NCBI GenBank assembly: GCA_964371615.1
Contig: CAYJMS010000001.1
Coordinates: 688,436-752,435 of the forward strand
DNA from: an uncultured Chitinophagaceae bacterium
GTDB lineage: Bacteria > Bacteroidota > Ignavibacteria > UBA10030 > UBA8401
Reading direction: 5' to 3'
DNA length: 64,000 nucleotides
In this document: piece by piece, positions 39,133 to 49,752 of the stretch
How positions within the stretch are numbered: the stretch's first letter is position 1
Layout: each line of letters opens with the position of its first letter
The notes under the pieces: generated by a model
What the model was told of the DNA's origin: nothing
The model's input: only the letters and a program-made list of their open reading frames with translations
The model's database searches: none
Position numbers and translations under genes: made by a program

Positions 39133-42100
39133 ATGTCAAAGAACGGAATATCTGAGAAGTTCGAGCAGGTGCTGGAATCATTCGGCCCTAACACGAGCTA
39201 TGTCTGGGACGTCCTTCAGCAATATCTGGAAGATCCCGCTTCGGTCAACGAAACGTGGCAGCAATTGTTTGCTGACGTCGTATCGTCCGGCGAAGTGCAT
39301 CTGCTGCAGCGAACGGAATCAAAAAAATCATCCCCCGATGCGGTCCCGGCTGCGGTGCCAGCCCAGGCAAAATCGTCAAAACAAACGGTCCCGGTGCCGT
39401 CGCTGGCCGTTGTTCACAAGCAACTTTCGGCGATCAGCGGCGTAGCGGCAAAGATCGTGGAAAATATGGAAGCGTCGTTAACGCTTCCCACGGCAACATC
39501 GTTGCGAGTTATCCCCGTCAAGGTTCTGGACGAGAATCGTTCCCTGCTGAATAAATATCTTACATCCCGTTCGCGCGGTAAAATTTCGTACACGCACATT
39601 GTTGCATGGGCGATTGTAAAGGCATTAAAAAAATATCCGAACATCAACGCCGCATTCACTCGAGTGGAAGGCCAGGCGTTTAAAGATGAGAAATTACAGA
39701 TTAATATCGGCATCGCCGTGGATATGACACGGAAGGACGGATCGCGGACGCTGTTGGTGCCGAATATCAAGAACGCAAACGAAATGGATTTTGCTGGATT
39801 CGTCGATGCGTACGATTCGATTATCGATAAATCCCGACGGTCTGCACTCGATCCGGGTGATTTTCAAGGTACATCCATTTCGTTGACAAATCCCGGAACG
39901 GTCGGGACGGTGTCGTCGGTGCCGAGGTTAATGCCGGGCCAGGGTTCCATCATAGCCGCCGGTGCGATAGGCTACGATGCCGCACATCAGGGTATGTCGC
40001 CGCAAACGCTCTCGTCGCTCGGCGTCAGCAAAGTAATGAACATTACCTGCACGTACGATCACCGGATTATTCAGGGTGCGGAATCGGGACAATTCCTCCA
40101 ATACATCCACACATTGCTTGTCGGTGAAGAGCGCTTTTACGAAGAGATTTTCTCCGATCTTCGCATTCCGCTCAGTCCCGTCAAATGGGCTGCGGATATC
40201 AACGCGGTGGCAATCGGCGGAACCGCCTCGGATGAGTACGTGGAGAAACAATCACGCGTGCAGCAACTTATTAATGCATACCGTGTGCGGGGGCACCTGA
40301 TCGCCCATCTTGATCCGCTGTTGGATGAACCGAGAAACCATCCTGAACTTGATCCCGGATATTACGGCCTGACCGTCTGGGACCTGGACCGTGAGTTTCT
40401 CTTCACGAACAAGGAGGGGTATTCCCGCGCGACATTGCGAGAGATCCTCGATGTCTTGTACGCTACCTATTGCGGTTCGATCGGCGTGGAGTTCATGAAT
40501 ATTCAGGATCCGGAGCAGAAGAAATGGCTGATTCAAAAGATGGAACCGTCGCGCAATCGGGCTCTGTTGCCGCGCGAACGAAAAATCCAGATTCTCAAAA
40601 AACTGATTCACGCCGAAGGTTTTGAACGGTATCTGCACACGAAATTTGTCGGTCACAAACGGTTTTCGCTCGAAGGGGCCGAATCGTTTGTGTCAATCGT
40701 CGATGTGTTGTTGGACGAACTCGCCAATCAGGGAGCTGCGCGGGCGGTGATCGGTATGGCGCACCGCGGACGTCTGAACATACTTGCCAATGTAATCGGA
40801 AAGTCGCTCGCCAAGATATTTTCAGAATTCGACGGCAGTATCGATCCGACAACCATTCAAGGCTCCGGCGATGTGAAATATCACCTTGGCGCACATGGCA
40901 CGCATAGGACCCTGAGCGGAAAAGATATTACGGTCGAGGTTGCTCCGAATCCGAGTCATCTTGAAGCGGTGAATCCGGTGGTGGAAGGAATGGTCCGTGC
41001 TATGCAAGATCGTGCCGGCGATACCGAACGGAACAAAGCGGTGCCGCTGCTGGTACATGGCGATGCAGCGTTCGCGGGACAAGGAATCGTTGCGGAAACG
41101 CTGAATCTCTCGCAGTTGAAAGGGTACCGCACCGGCGGTACAATCCATATTATCATCAATAATCAGATCGGATTCACGACTTCGCCGGATGATGCGAGAT
41201 CAACTCCATACTGTACTGATGTTGCAAAGATGGTACAGGCGCCGATCTTTCATGTTAACGGCGACAATCCCGAGGCATGCGCACGCGTTGCCGCACTGGC
41301 GGTGGCGTACCGTACAGCATTCAAAAAGGATGTCGTGATCGACATGTTCTGTTACCGGAAGTACGGCCATAACGAGGGGGATGAACCGAGTTACACACAG
41401 CCGCTGTTGTATAAAAAGATCAAATCCCATCGCTCGACACGGGAGATGTACGGTGAACGGCTGATTCTCGACAAAGAAATGACGCGAGAGGAATACGAAC
41501 AATTGCAGTCGGAGGCGAAACAGCGGTTCGAACGGGCGCATGAAGCATCCCAAAAACGGGAGATGCATATGAAAGCGGAGATTGCACTTGCCGTGACGCA
41601 GGAGCAAATCGAAGCAATGCAGCCGTTCAAAGAAACGAAAGTGACGTTCGACGCGCTCAAAGAAGTTTCTGTACGACTCGGAACTGTACCGCAGGAATTT
41701 GCCGTCAATCCCAAGCTGGTGAAGATGCTGGAGCATCGCCGTCATATCGACCGTGAAACAAGGATCGATTGGGGACATGCGGAAGCGCTGGCGTTCGGCA
41801 CATTGGTCTATGAAGGAAACGGCGTTCGCGTCAGCGGGGAAGATGTCGGACGCGGGACGTTCAGCCACCGTCACGCAAAACTCTTCGATGCGAATACGGG
41901 AAAAGATTTTATTCCGTTGCAGCATATCCGCGAAGGGCAGGGGCCGTTCAATGTATTCGACAGTCTGCTGTCGGAGTACGCAATTCTCGGCTATGAATTC
42001 GGATACAGCGTCACCGATCCGCTGTCGCTGGTCGTCTGGGAAGCGCAGTTCGGCGATTTCGCAAACGGCGCCCAGGTCATCATCGATCAGTTCCTCGCCG

Positions 42101-42786
42101 CATCCGAAGCGAAATGGCAACAGCCGTGCGATCTTGTCTTGCTGGTTCCCCACGGATACGAAGGGCAGGGACCGGAACATTCCAGCGCTCGGTTGGAGCG
42201 GTATCTCCAATTGTGCGCGGAAGACAATATGCAGGTATGCAATCTCTCGACGCCGGCGCAATACTTCCATGCGCTGCGACGGCAGATGCGGGACGCACAG
42301 CGTCGGCCGCTGATTCTGATGACTCCGAAGAGCCTGTTGCGGCATCCGCTGGTGAATTCACCGGTCCACGAATTCACCGACGGTAAATTCAGGCGGGTCA
42401 TCGACGATCCGCAATGTGACGCCGGTTCCGCACGACGGGTGGTGCTCTGCTCCGCAAAGGTGTATTATGACGCAGTGCAATTCATGCAGGAATCGAAGAT
42501 CGATCGGACAGCCCTGGTTCGTCTGGAACAGTTCTACCCGTTCCCGGATACGGAATTGAAAGAGATCGTTGAGAAATATCGGAATGCCGAAGAAATTGTC
42601 TGGATGCAGGAAGAACCGCAGAACATGGGAGCATGGAATTTTCTGGCAGACCGCCTGCGGGACGTGATCCTTCCCGGCCAGCGGCTCCGCTATTGCGGAC
42701 GTGCCGCATCGGCGAGCACGGCAACAGGAACATTAAAACGTCATCAATCCGAGCAGGAGAAATTGCTCAAGGAAGCGTTGGAATGA
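39133..42786 (+). CDS. kgd: Multifunctional 2-oxoglutarate dehydrogenase, OdhA/Kgd type (N-terminal E2-like acyltransferase domain fused to E1o)
   Basis: 1217 aa. E2 catalytic-type DHRIIQG motif in the N-terminal third. ThDP-binding GDAAFAGQG...N in the E1o part. Length matches actinobacterial OdhA/Kgd, from memory. Confidence 0.88.
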   Translation: MSKNGISEKFEQVLESFGPNTSYVWDVLQQYLEDPASVNETWQQLFADVVSSGEVHLLQRTESKKSSPDAVPAAVPAQAKSSKQTVPVPSLAVVHKQLSAISGVAAKIVENMEASLTLPTATSLRVIPVKVLDENRSLLNKYLTSRSRGKISYTHIVAWAIVKALKKYPNINAAFTRVEGQAFKDEKLQINIGIAVDMTRKDGSRTLLVPNIKNANEMDFAGFVDAYDSIIDKSRRSALDPGDFQGTSISLTNPGTVGTVSSVPRLMPGQGSIIAAGAIGYDAAHQGMSPQTLSSLGVSKVMNITCTYDHRIIQGAESGQFLQYIHTLLVGEERFYEEIFSDLRIPLSPVKWAADINAVAIGGTASDEYVEKQSRVQQLINAYRVRGHLIAHLDPLLDEPRNHPELDPGYYGLTVWDLDREFLFTNKEGYSRATLREILDVLYATYCGSIGVEFMNIQDPEQKKWLIQKMEPSRNRALLPRERKIQILKKLIHAEGFERYLHTKFVGHKRFSLEGAESFVSIVDVLLDELANQGAARAVIGMAHRGRLNILANVIGKSLAKIFSEFDGSIDPTTIQGSGDVKYHLGAHGTHRTLSGKDITVEVAPNPSHLEAVNPVVEGMVRAMQDRAGDTERNKAVPLLVHGDAAFAGQGIVAETLNLSQLKGYRTGGTIHIIINNQIGFTTSPDDARSTPYCTDVAKMVQAPIFHVNGDNPEACARVAALAVAYRTAFKKDVVIDMFCYRKYGHNEGDEPSYTQPLLYKKIKSHRSTREMYGERLILDKEMTREEYEQLQSEAKQRFERAHEASQKREMHMKAEIALAVTQEQIEAMQPFKETKVTFDALKEVSVRLGTVPQEFAVNPKLVKMLEHRRHIDRETRIDWGHAEALAFGTLVYEGNGVRVSGEDVGRGTFSHRHAKLFDANTGKDFIPLQHIREGQGPFNVFDSLLSEYAILGYEFGYSVTDPLSLVVWEAQFGDFANGAQVIIDQFLAASEAKWQQPCDLVLLVPHGYEGQGPEHSSARLERYLQLCAEDNMQVCNLSTPAQYFHALRRQMRDAQRRPLILMTPKSLLRHPLVNSPVHEFTDGKFRRVIDDPQCDAGSARRVVLCSAKVYYDAVQFMQESKIDRTALVRLEQFYPFPDTELKEIVEKYRNAEEIVWMQEEPQNMGAWNFLADRLRDVILPGQRLRYCGRAASASTATGTLKRHQSEQEKLLKEALE

Positions 42787-43187
42787 TTCCGGAAAGCTCT
42801 GATCGAACATCATGGATTGTGATAACCCTGCGATGGGCTGCCACGCTGTTTTTTGTCGTTGCCGGTGTGCTGCATTTCGTTATCCCCGAATTCTATCTTG
42901 CTATGATGCCACCGTTTATTCCAATGAAGGATATTCTCATCGTCCTGACCGGTCTTGCAGAAATCGCTTTGGGAATTGGCCTTCAGATACCCCTCATTCG
43001 GCGACGTTCCGGAATTTCTCTCATCGCACTGTTGATCGGAATTTTTCCCGCCAATATTTATGTTGCTATTTCACAGCCGGCGTTGCCGGATCTTTCGTAC
43101 GATCCGGCATCCATGTGGTGGAGATTGGTGCTGCAACCGCTCTTTATCATTTGGGTCTGGTGGGTCAGTGTGAAAAAACACCAATAA
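42783..43187 (+). CDS. Small integral membrane protein, DoxX-like (tentative)
   Basis: Four predicted TM helices. ATGA overlap with the kgd stop. Confidence 0.4.
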   Translation: MIPESSDRTSWIVITLRWAATLFFVVAGVLHFVIPEFYLAMMPPFIPMKDILIVLTGLAEIALGIGLQIPLIRRRSGISLIALLIGIFPANIYVAISQPALPDLSYDPASMWWRLVLQPLFIIWVWWVSVKKHQ

Positions 43188-43433
43188 TTGTGCTGGTCCA
43201 TCGCCTGTGACAATGCAAACGACGGAACATTGTAAACGCCATTTGACTTTATTCGAAAAATCTGTATCTTTCTGAAGAATTAAGGAGAAAAAACAGGGAA
43301 CATTTGTTAGAGAGTTTTTCCATCTGTCGTACGAAGTATTTTTTTCTCTAACAATATCGGCCGGATTTCACTCGCGTATTGATGAGAGATCCGGCTTTTT
43401 CGTTTATCCGTCGAATCGGATATGTGAGGAAGC

Positions 43434-44495
43434 ATGAAAAAGATTCTTGTTGTGCTCATAATGACTGTTGTCGCGGTGCCCGGCGTTGCACAGGAGTTCG
43501 GAAAATATGCCGGCGAATTTATGTACATCGGCATCGGGGGCCGTGCACTTGGTGTCGGCAGCGCATATGCCGCACTGGCAAACGACGTCACTGCCGGCTA
43601 TTGGAATCCCGCCGGTTTGGCGCGTATCGAATATCCCCAGATCGCCCTGTCCCATGATGAACGCTTCGGAAACCTCATTAATTACGACTATGCCGCCTTT
43701 GCCGTCCCGTACGGCGCAAATACCGTCGATTCTGAAACGGGAGAAACGACATACAATGCCTCGTCGTTTGCCATAAGTGTTATTCGTCTCGGCATTGACG
43801 GAATACCCGATACACGCAAAGCATGGGCAGACAGCAACGGCAACGGACTGTTCGACGATGGCTCAAATCTCCGTCCCGACTACGGCGCAATCACATTCTT
43901 TAATGCCAGCGACTGGATTATCTATTTGACCTATGCGAAACATTCGTCGGAGAATCTCTTTATCGGCGCAAATCTCAAAATCATTCGCCGGAATATCGGC
44001 GACTTCCACGGTACGGGAATCGGTTTCGACGCGGGTGTGCAATATCTTGCAGCGAAAGATTTTGTTGTGGGTGCAAACCTGCAGGATGTAACGACAACGC
44101 TGGTGGCATGGAACACCGGAACAAATGAATTGATATCCCCGACGCTGAAACTTGGCGCGGCGTACGCATTCGAAATTTTCAACGGACGGCTGACTCCCAC
44201 AATCGGCGCGGATGTCCGGTTCGAAAACCGTCGTTTTTCCGCTATGACAAACATCGGACCGATCAGCATTGATCCGCAAGCAGGACTGGAATTCGATTAT
44301 AAAAATGTCGTTGCAATTCGGGGCGGCTATAACGAGATCGGCAATATCACCATCGGCGCCGGAATCCACCTGCGCAAGCTGGACATCGATTATTCTTTTG
44401 CAAAGTTTGATGCTGCCGATCAGCTCGGCAATACGCATCGCATTTCACTCCGGCTGACGCTTGAAGAAGACCGATACCGCCGGGGTGCGGAATAA
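43434..44495 (+). CDS. FadL/PorV-like outer-membrane beta-barrel protein
   Basis: Signal peptide. GIGGRALGVGSAYAALANDVTAGYWNPAGLA N-terminal motif is characteristic of the FadL/PorV/PorP-SprF barrel group. Confidence 0.5.
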   Translation: MKKILVVLIMTVVAVPGVAQEFGKYAGEFMYIGIGGRALGVGSAYAALANDVTAGYWNPAGLARIEYPQIALSHDERFGNLINYDYAAFAVPYGANTVDSETGETTYNASSFAISVIRLGIDGIPDTRKAWADSNGNGLFDDGSNLRPDYGAITFFNASDWIIYLTYAKHSSENLFIGANLKIIRRNIGDFHGTGIGFDAGVQYLAAKDFVVGANLQDVTTTLVAWNTGTNELISPTLKLGAAYAFEIFNGRLTPTIGADVRFENRRFSAMTNIGPISIDPQAGLEFDYKNVVAIRGGYNEIGNITIGAGIHLRKLDIDYSFAKFDAADQLGNTHRISLRLTLEEDRYRRGAE

Positions 44496-45068
44496 ATGCA
44501 TTGGCGATCGCAGCACGGACCGCGATTACTCACCGCAGCTGCGATCCCGGTAATTTTTTTCCTGGTCTCCTGCACCTCTACCGAACCGATTCCCCGTTAC
44601 CAACGATCACCAGAAACATCACCTGAAATTACGACGGTTCGCAGTCTCTATCCGCCGGGATGGGACGATGTGACCGGCCGCAGCGCTGTTCCGTCGATTT
44701 CACTTTGGCTGGTCAACACCGATCGTGCGGCTTCGATGACAGTGCGTTCGATCACCGTCGATGACAGTACACGAGTCCTGTTGTTGAAGGAAGATATTTG
44801 TATGATCGGTCATCTTTCACTCCGTCTCAAAATGGAAGAGCGTCACAACGGACGACGCATAACACGTGCGCCGGAACGGATGAACGCTACGATCGAATAT
44901 TGTTCGTATGTGTATGAGGAAAACGGTTTATTGCGTCGGGTCGTTGTCTTTCGGAAGGGAGGAAAAATATTTGAATCGGAATTACTGCAGGAGGGACACG
45001 AACAGGAATTTCAGATGCTGGTGAACGATCAAAACACTCTATTGGAAATTGTCATTGCGCAGGAGTGA
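44496..45068 (+). CDS. Lipoprotein of unknown function, translationally coupled to the FadL/PorV-like gene
   Basis: Lipobox LVSCTS. Start codon directly follows the upstream stop. Confidence 0.4.
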   Translation: MHWRSQHGPRLLTAAAIPVIFFLVSCTSTEPIPRYQRSPETSPEITTVRSLYPPGWDDVTGRSAVPSISLWLVNTDRAASMTVRSITVDDSTRVLLLKEDICMIGHLSLRLKMEERHNGRRITRAPERMNATIEYCSYVYEENGLLRRVVVFRKGGKIFESELLQEGHEQEFQMLVNDQNTLLEIVIAQE

Positions 45069-45083
45069 TCGGTCATCACCGCG

Positions 45084-47291
45084 TTATTTCGTCTTCATCT
45101 CAAACACGCCGCTCCAATCTTCAGGCGGTGGATTTTTCATATACTTTTCAGCGCGGCTAAAATACAACTGAGACGGTCCGTCGTCATGGACGATCTCCAT
45201 TGCATCGTAAAATGAATGCATCGCTTCCGAAAACCGCCGTTCACGATAGAGTTTTAATCCGGTATTGTATAAATCGATCATACGATGCTTGTCCGGATCG
45301 ATCTCTTCGGATCGTTCGGCAATGAGTTCGAAAACGCGGATTGGTTTTGATTTTCCTTTGACGATCAATAAATCCAATTCGCGACACAGCAGTTGATCCT
45401 TGACGAGGTCATACGCCCGCTCGCTGATCAGAATGTGCGTGCCGTATGTCTTGTTCGCTCCTTCCAACCGTGACCCGAGATTCACCGCATCGCCGATGAC
45501 CGTATAATCGAACCGGCCGGCGCCGCCGACATTGCCCACTACCATTTCATCGGTGTTCAATCCCATACGTACTACCAAATTTGGCTTTCCCTCCTTATTC
45601 CACCGATCGGCGATCTCCTGGGTTTTCCTTTGCATCTGCAGCGCAGCCCGGCACGCATTCAATGCGCTGTTTTCCAACGGTATCGGCGCACCCCAGATTG
45701 CCATCACCGCATCGCCGACATATTTGTCGAGCATGCCGTCGTGTTTCAGTATGATGTCCGTCATGGCACTCAGGTATTCGTTTAACAGGTGGACCAGTTC
45801 CACCGCATCAAGTTTCTCCGAAAAATTCGTGAACGACGCGATATCCGAAAAGAAAACGGTCAATTCTTTTTTTTCACCGCCGAGTCGGAGTTTTTCAGGA
45901 TGTGCAATCAGTTCGTTCACTACCGACGGATTGAGATACTGGCTGAACATCCCTTTGATCATTGTTTTCTGCTTGCGTTCGGTCAGATATTGGTATACAG
46001 CACTGCCGAAATAGTTGAGGACTACCGCTGCAATGGGTGAGACGACCGGAAACAGGATAGAATGGGCGGAAAACATGTAGTAGAAAAATTGAAGTATCCC
46101 GACGATAAGCAGCGCGGAGAATGTTAGCGCACCGATTTCAGCAAGAAATGCGTTTCGGGTCCGGATCTGCTTCAGCATCGTCACGACGAAGAATGTTATG
46201 CCTGAGAGAAACACAATATACAGCAGTACAATAAAATCTGAGACATTGTGGATATATTTCTGATCGATGAGCATTTGCAGAACATTGGCATGCAATTCTA
46301 CGCCGTACATCTGGTTCCGGTTACTCAATCCCTCTTCGGAGACGGAGACATTGAAAAGATCCTTTGATTCTGAGAAATAAGGTCCGATCAGTACGATCTT
46401 ATCTTTGAACAACTCGTCATGGAGCAATCCGTAATCCGGGTCATCGAATGCATTGATCGATGTATGGAGTTCACGTTCTTCATTCGTTTCGAACTCATCG
46501 TCATCGAGAATATTGACGATGTCAAGTTCTTTAAACGTTTTCCCGGCAGACCCATAATAATTTATGAGAAGAGAAATATCGTCGTATTTTGGGATTATTC
46601 TCTCCCCGACAATAAAAAATCCTTTCCGATCCTCCGCCGGCGTTTTCGCCTTGATTCCGGCGGTAATATTCAGCAGCGCAAATGAGAATGTCGGCAGGAA
46701 TATATCACGATCGGGCATTTTGGTGAATGGCATGTAACGGCGAAATACACCGTCGATGTCGTTCGGCACGAAGACGCTTCCGACGGCGCTGTCTGCCGGA
46801 TAAAATATCGAATGGAAATTCTCGTCTTCTCGATATACTGTCGCGTCGGACCTGCTTAGGTCAGTTTTTCCTGCGACCACAACATTCCGGTATTGTTGAA
46901 TGGCAGCGTACAATTCGTCGTCGTGGTGAGGGCCGCGTGTGTCGGGTTGTTCGAACGTCAAGTCGATGCCGATCGCTTTTACACCGGCGCGGTTCAGATT
47001 GTGCACTGCTCGGGCATAATAACTACGCGGGAAAGGAAACCGTTCGGGAACCGTCGATTCTGATTTGTCGGAAATCGATACGATAATAACATCGAGGGAA
47101 TCTGCTGATATCCCAACCGGGCCTCGATCTGCAAAAGCACGGTCAATAAACGAAAGCCGGAACCTGTCAAAGAAATCGAATTCGTACAGTTCATCACGAA
47201 CGAAAATTATCACAACGAGGGAAATGGAGAGACATAACGCAGCACGATTGATCCATGTGCGGAAAGACGATGCCGAAGATGTACTGTCCAT
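45084..47291 (-). CDS. CHASE2 sensor domain class III adenylate cyclase
   Basis: N-terminal periplasmic CHASE2 region flanked by TM helices. Cyclase core FFSDIASFT, LDKYVGDAVMAIWG and GDAVNLGSRLE with the metal-binding Asps, the Lys and the Asn-Arg pair. C-terminal TPR-like tail. Confidence 0.85.
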   Translation of the reverse strand: MDSTSSASSFRTWINRAALCLSISLVVIIFVRDELYEFDFFDRFRLSFIDRAFADRGPVGISADSLDVIIVSISDKSESTVPERFPFPRSYYARAVHNLNRAGVKAIGIDLTFEQPDTRGPHHDDELYAAIQQYRNVVVAGKTDLSRSDATVYREDENFHSIFYPADSAVGSVFVPNDIDGVFRRYMPFTKMPDRDIFLPTFSFALLNITAGIKAKTPAEDRKGFFIVGERIIPKYDDISLLINYYGSAGKTFKELDIVNILDDDEFETNEERELHTSINAFDDPDYGLLHDELFKDKIVLIGPYFSESKDLFNVSVSEEGLSNRNQMYGVELHANVLQMLIDQKYIHNVSDFIVLLYIVFLSGITFFVVTMLKQIRTRNAFLAEIGALTFSALLIVGILQFFYYMFSAHSILFPVVSPIAAVVLNYFGSAVYQYLTERKQKTMIKGMFSQYLNPSVVNELIAHPEKLRLGGEKKELTVFFSDIASFTNFSEKLDAVELVHLLNEYLSAMTDIILKHDGMLDKYVGDAVMAIWGAPIPLENSALNACRAALQMQRKTQEIADRWNKEGKPNLVVRMGLNTDEMVVGNVGGAGRFDYTVIGDAVNLGSRLEGANKTYGTHILISERAYDLVKDQLLCRELDLLIVKGKSKPIRVFELIAERSEEIDPDKHRMIDLYNTGLKLYRERRFSEAMHSFYDAMEIVHDDGPSQLYFSRAEKYMKNPPPEDWSGVFEMKTK

Positions 47292-47293
47292 GG

Positions 47294-49654
47294 CTAGAAG
47301 TCGATGCGGTACAGCAGGCTCACAAAAGAATCGTTCTTGCTGGTCAACGCCGCCAGTGCGGACGATGAATTCCGAATGAATTGAAACTGCAGAACCGCCA
47401 GTTGATGGTCAGTGATGGAATATTGTAAACTAGTTTCGAACAACAGTCGGCTAAGATCGCCGAATGTCGGTGCAAATGTTCCCGTCAATCGTAGCACCTC
47501 TTGATACAGTTTATAGCGCCCGGTCAGCGACAGTGTCTGATAGCCGAGTGATCCTTGCATGACGACACCGGTGGAATCGGTTTGCGGGAAGGTAATACTG
47601 CTGACGGAGAAACCGACGCTGCTTTCGAGGCGAAGATTATGCGCAGTGCTGATGAGCAAGACGGTGTTGAGTGTCGAAACATCCTGTTCTTTCGGAGTCT
47701 TATCATCTTTGCCCGACATATCCAGATTCAAAGAAATATTGTGCCGCCCCCAGTACGAAAAATCGTACGATGATTGCAGGAAATAACGGTCCGTGTTATC
47801 ATCGATGGCGCGCAATGCAATCTGACGGGCGACGACGTCGGCGGTGTCGAATGCATTGATCGGATTTCTGTTCCTGTTCGCCCCGTACCCCAGCGTAATA
47901 TTCGGATAATCCTTTGCAGGATAGTACGAAACGGATGTGTTGACGGTGGTGTACGTGGTTGTCGCAATCTCAAAACCGGAGGTATTATTCTTTAGTTCTT
48001 CATAACTGCCGGTGAGAAATAATCGATTGTCCAGCAGCCGTAAACGATCGGTGACGTTATATCCCTGTATATCTTTTCGTATAGTCGAAGCGCCGGAGGA
48101 GGTATAGTCTTTTCCGTGAAAGAGGAACGCCGCTTTAAGAAAATTGCCGAAATAGTTGAACGAAACGGCCGTTTCGTAGACCAGGGATGTGAGTCCGGCA
48201 GGATTGACCGGAACAAGGTTTTCATTTACCGTGATCAGATTACGGGCGAGGGGAAGGAGTTTTTTCAACTGGTCCGCGTCACCCTTGTCGAACGTACCGC
48301 GAGCCACTGCGGCATCGATGCTGTCGCTATTAAACTCCGCACGCGATATATCGACGTTATTAAGGCTTAACGCGCTCTGGGCAGTAATCTCAATCCGTCG
48401 CCGGTCGATCCCGATCAGCATATCCGTTCCGAACACTACATTCTCCTGCGGCCGTACGACGATCGGCTGGAGCGGATCGAATTCATCCTTGGATTTGAGA
48501 TAGGTAAATCCCCATTGGAAGTTTTCTCCTTTTCCGAAACTCGGCCTCACGACGGTCATGTTTCTCTTCAACGCCTGCGGTACGGCGTTGACTTCCACCC
48601 GGCGGATAATTTCGCCGCTGGCAGCGTTGATATTAAATGCGCCAAGCAACAGATCGAAAGTATAACCGCGTATCCGCCGTCCATCCATAATCGTCGAAGG
48701 GAACCGCGGGTAGGCATCGCCCAAACCGATTTTTACGTACCGTGCATCAAGTCCGAGAAAATATCTGTTCTGCGGCTGGTTCTCCGGTTTTTCCTCGGAA
48801 GTAATGGTGAGATTCGTCGTGGCTTTCAGGAATTCGAGGTACGATGCGCTTGCCCGAACATCGAGACGGTTATATGTTTTTACAATACCTTTAATATCCT
48901 CCCGGCGCGTTTCTGCCTGAGCATTTCCGAACCCTTGAAACGACGATCGGATTTCTTCCGCTTCTTCTTCAGTGATGACGTTGAAGCCCCGATTCAATGA
49001 TGTCAGGCGTTTTCCCTCTGCATTGAATGTCTGCACGGAAAGATTGACCCCCCCCTTAAGCAGTCCGGCAGGAATCGCATCGGGTGGGATTATCAACAAA
49101 TCGTCGAACATCATCGCTTTATCCGAAAGATCGATGCCGTTCAACAGCACCTTCGTTTTACTGCGATCGGTGTTTTCATCGGCGTAGACAAACGAAATCG
49201 AGATATACGTCTCGCCGCCGGTAATCTGCTCTCCGTCTTCGGGACTGAGAATGATGACCTCGCTTTTCGGAGCGGGAGCGATCATAATGCGGAATGGATT
49301 CGTTTCTGGATTGTCGAATGGAAATGTCTCTGTCGTACCATCGATACCCGTTACAATGACATAGGCTTCGACGAACGGCGGTTGCATGACGGCGGCAGGA
49401 ATTTCTGCCACGGCGGAATCCCGAAGAAGCTGCATCTCAACGGAAGTATATTCCGATTCCCCGAACGAGCGGTACTGCAATACCACCCGTTGAATGTTCG
49501 ACGAGAATTGCAATTCTGCGGCGACCATGACCGGTTTTTTTTCCAGTGCCGACGCAGGCCGTATTGCACGTACATACGTATTGACCTGTCCGCTCACTTC
49601 CGCTGCAAATACAAACAGTACGAGCGGCAGCATCAATAAAAGGCGTTGTTTCAT
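47294..49654 (-). CDS. Large outer-membrane beta-barrel protein, family unknown
   Basis: Signal peptide after MKQRLLL. Alternating beta-strand pattern. C-terminal LLYRIDF. The stop lies 2 nt before the cyclase start. Confidence 0.5.
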   Translation of the reverse strand: MKQRLLLMLPLVLFVFAAEVSGQVNTYVRAIRPASALEKKPVMVAAELQFSSNIQRVVLQYRSFGESEYTSVEMQLLRDSAVAEIPAAVMQPPFVEAYVIVTGIDGTTETFPFDNPETNPFRIMIAPAPKSEVIILSPEDGEQITGGETYISISFVYADENTDRSKTKVLLNGIDLSDKAMMFDDLLIIPPDAIPAGLLKGGVNLSVQTFNAEGKRLTSLNRGFNVITEEEAEEIRSSFQGFGNAQAETRREDIKGIVKTYNRLDVRASASYLEFLKATTNLTITSEEKPENQPQNRYFLGLDARYVKIGLGDAYPRFPSTIMDGRRIRGYTFDLLLGAFNINAASGEIIRRVEVNAVPQALKRNMTVVRPSFGKGENFQWGFTYLKSKDEFDPLQPIVVRPQENVVFGTDMLIGIDRRRIEITAQSALSLNNVDISRAEFNSDSIDAAVARGTFDKGDADQLKKLLPLARNLITVNENLVPVNPAGLTSLVYETAVSFNYFGNFLKAAFLFHGKDYTSSGASTIRKDIQGYNVTDRLRLLDNRLFLTGSYEELKNNTSGFEIATTTYTTVNTSVSYYPAKDYPNITLGYGANRNRNPINAFDTADVVARQIALRAIDDNTDRYFLQSSYDFSYWGRHNISLNLDMSGKDDKTPKEQDVSTLNTVLLISTAHNLRLESSVGFSVSSITFPQTDSTGVVMQGSLGYQTLSLTGRYKLYQEVLRLTGTFAPTFGDLSRLLFETSLQYSITDHQLAVLQFQFIRNSSSALAALTSKNDSFVSLLYRIDF

Positions 49655-49752
49655 TGGAAAGAAGGGATTGTCCGTAAAAAGAATCGCCTGCAATCTATAA
49701 AATACCATATAGAGTTGCAAGCGATTATCAATGTTCGTACGGATGGCAGCTG

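Noticed and set aside
41200-42345. 381-aa ORF on the minus strand
   Set aside because: Antisense to the kgd E1o domain; shadow ORF in a GC-rich region.
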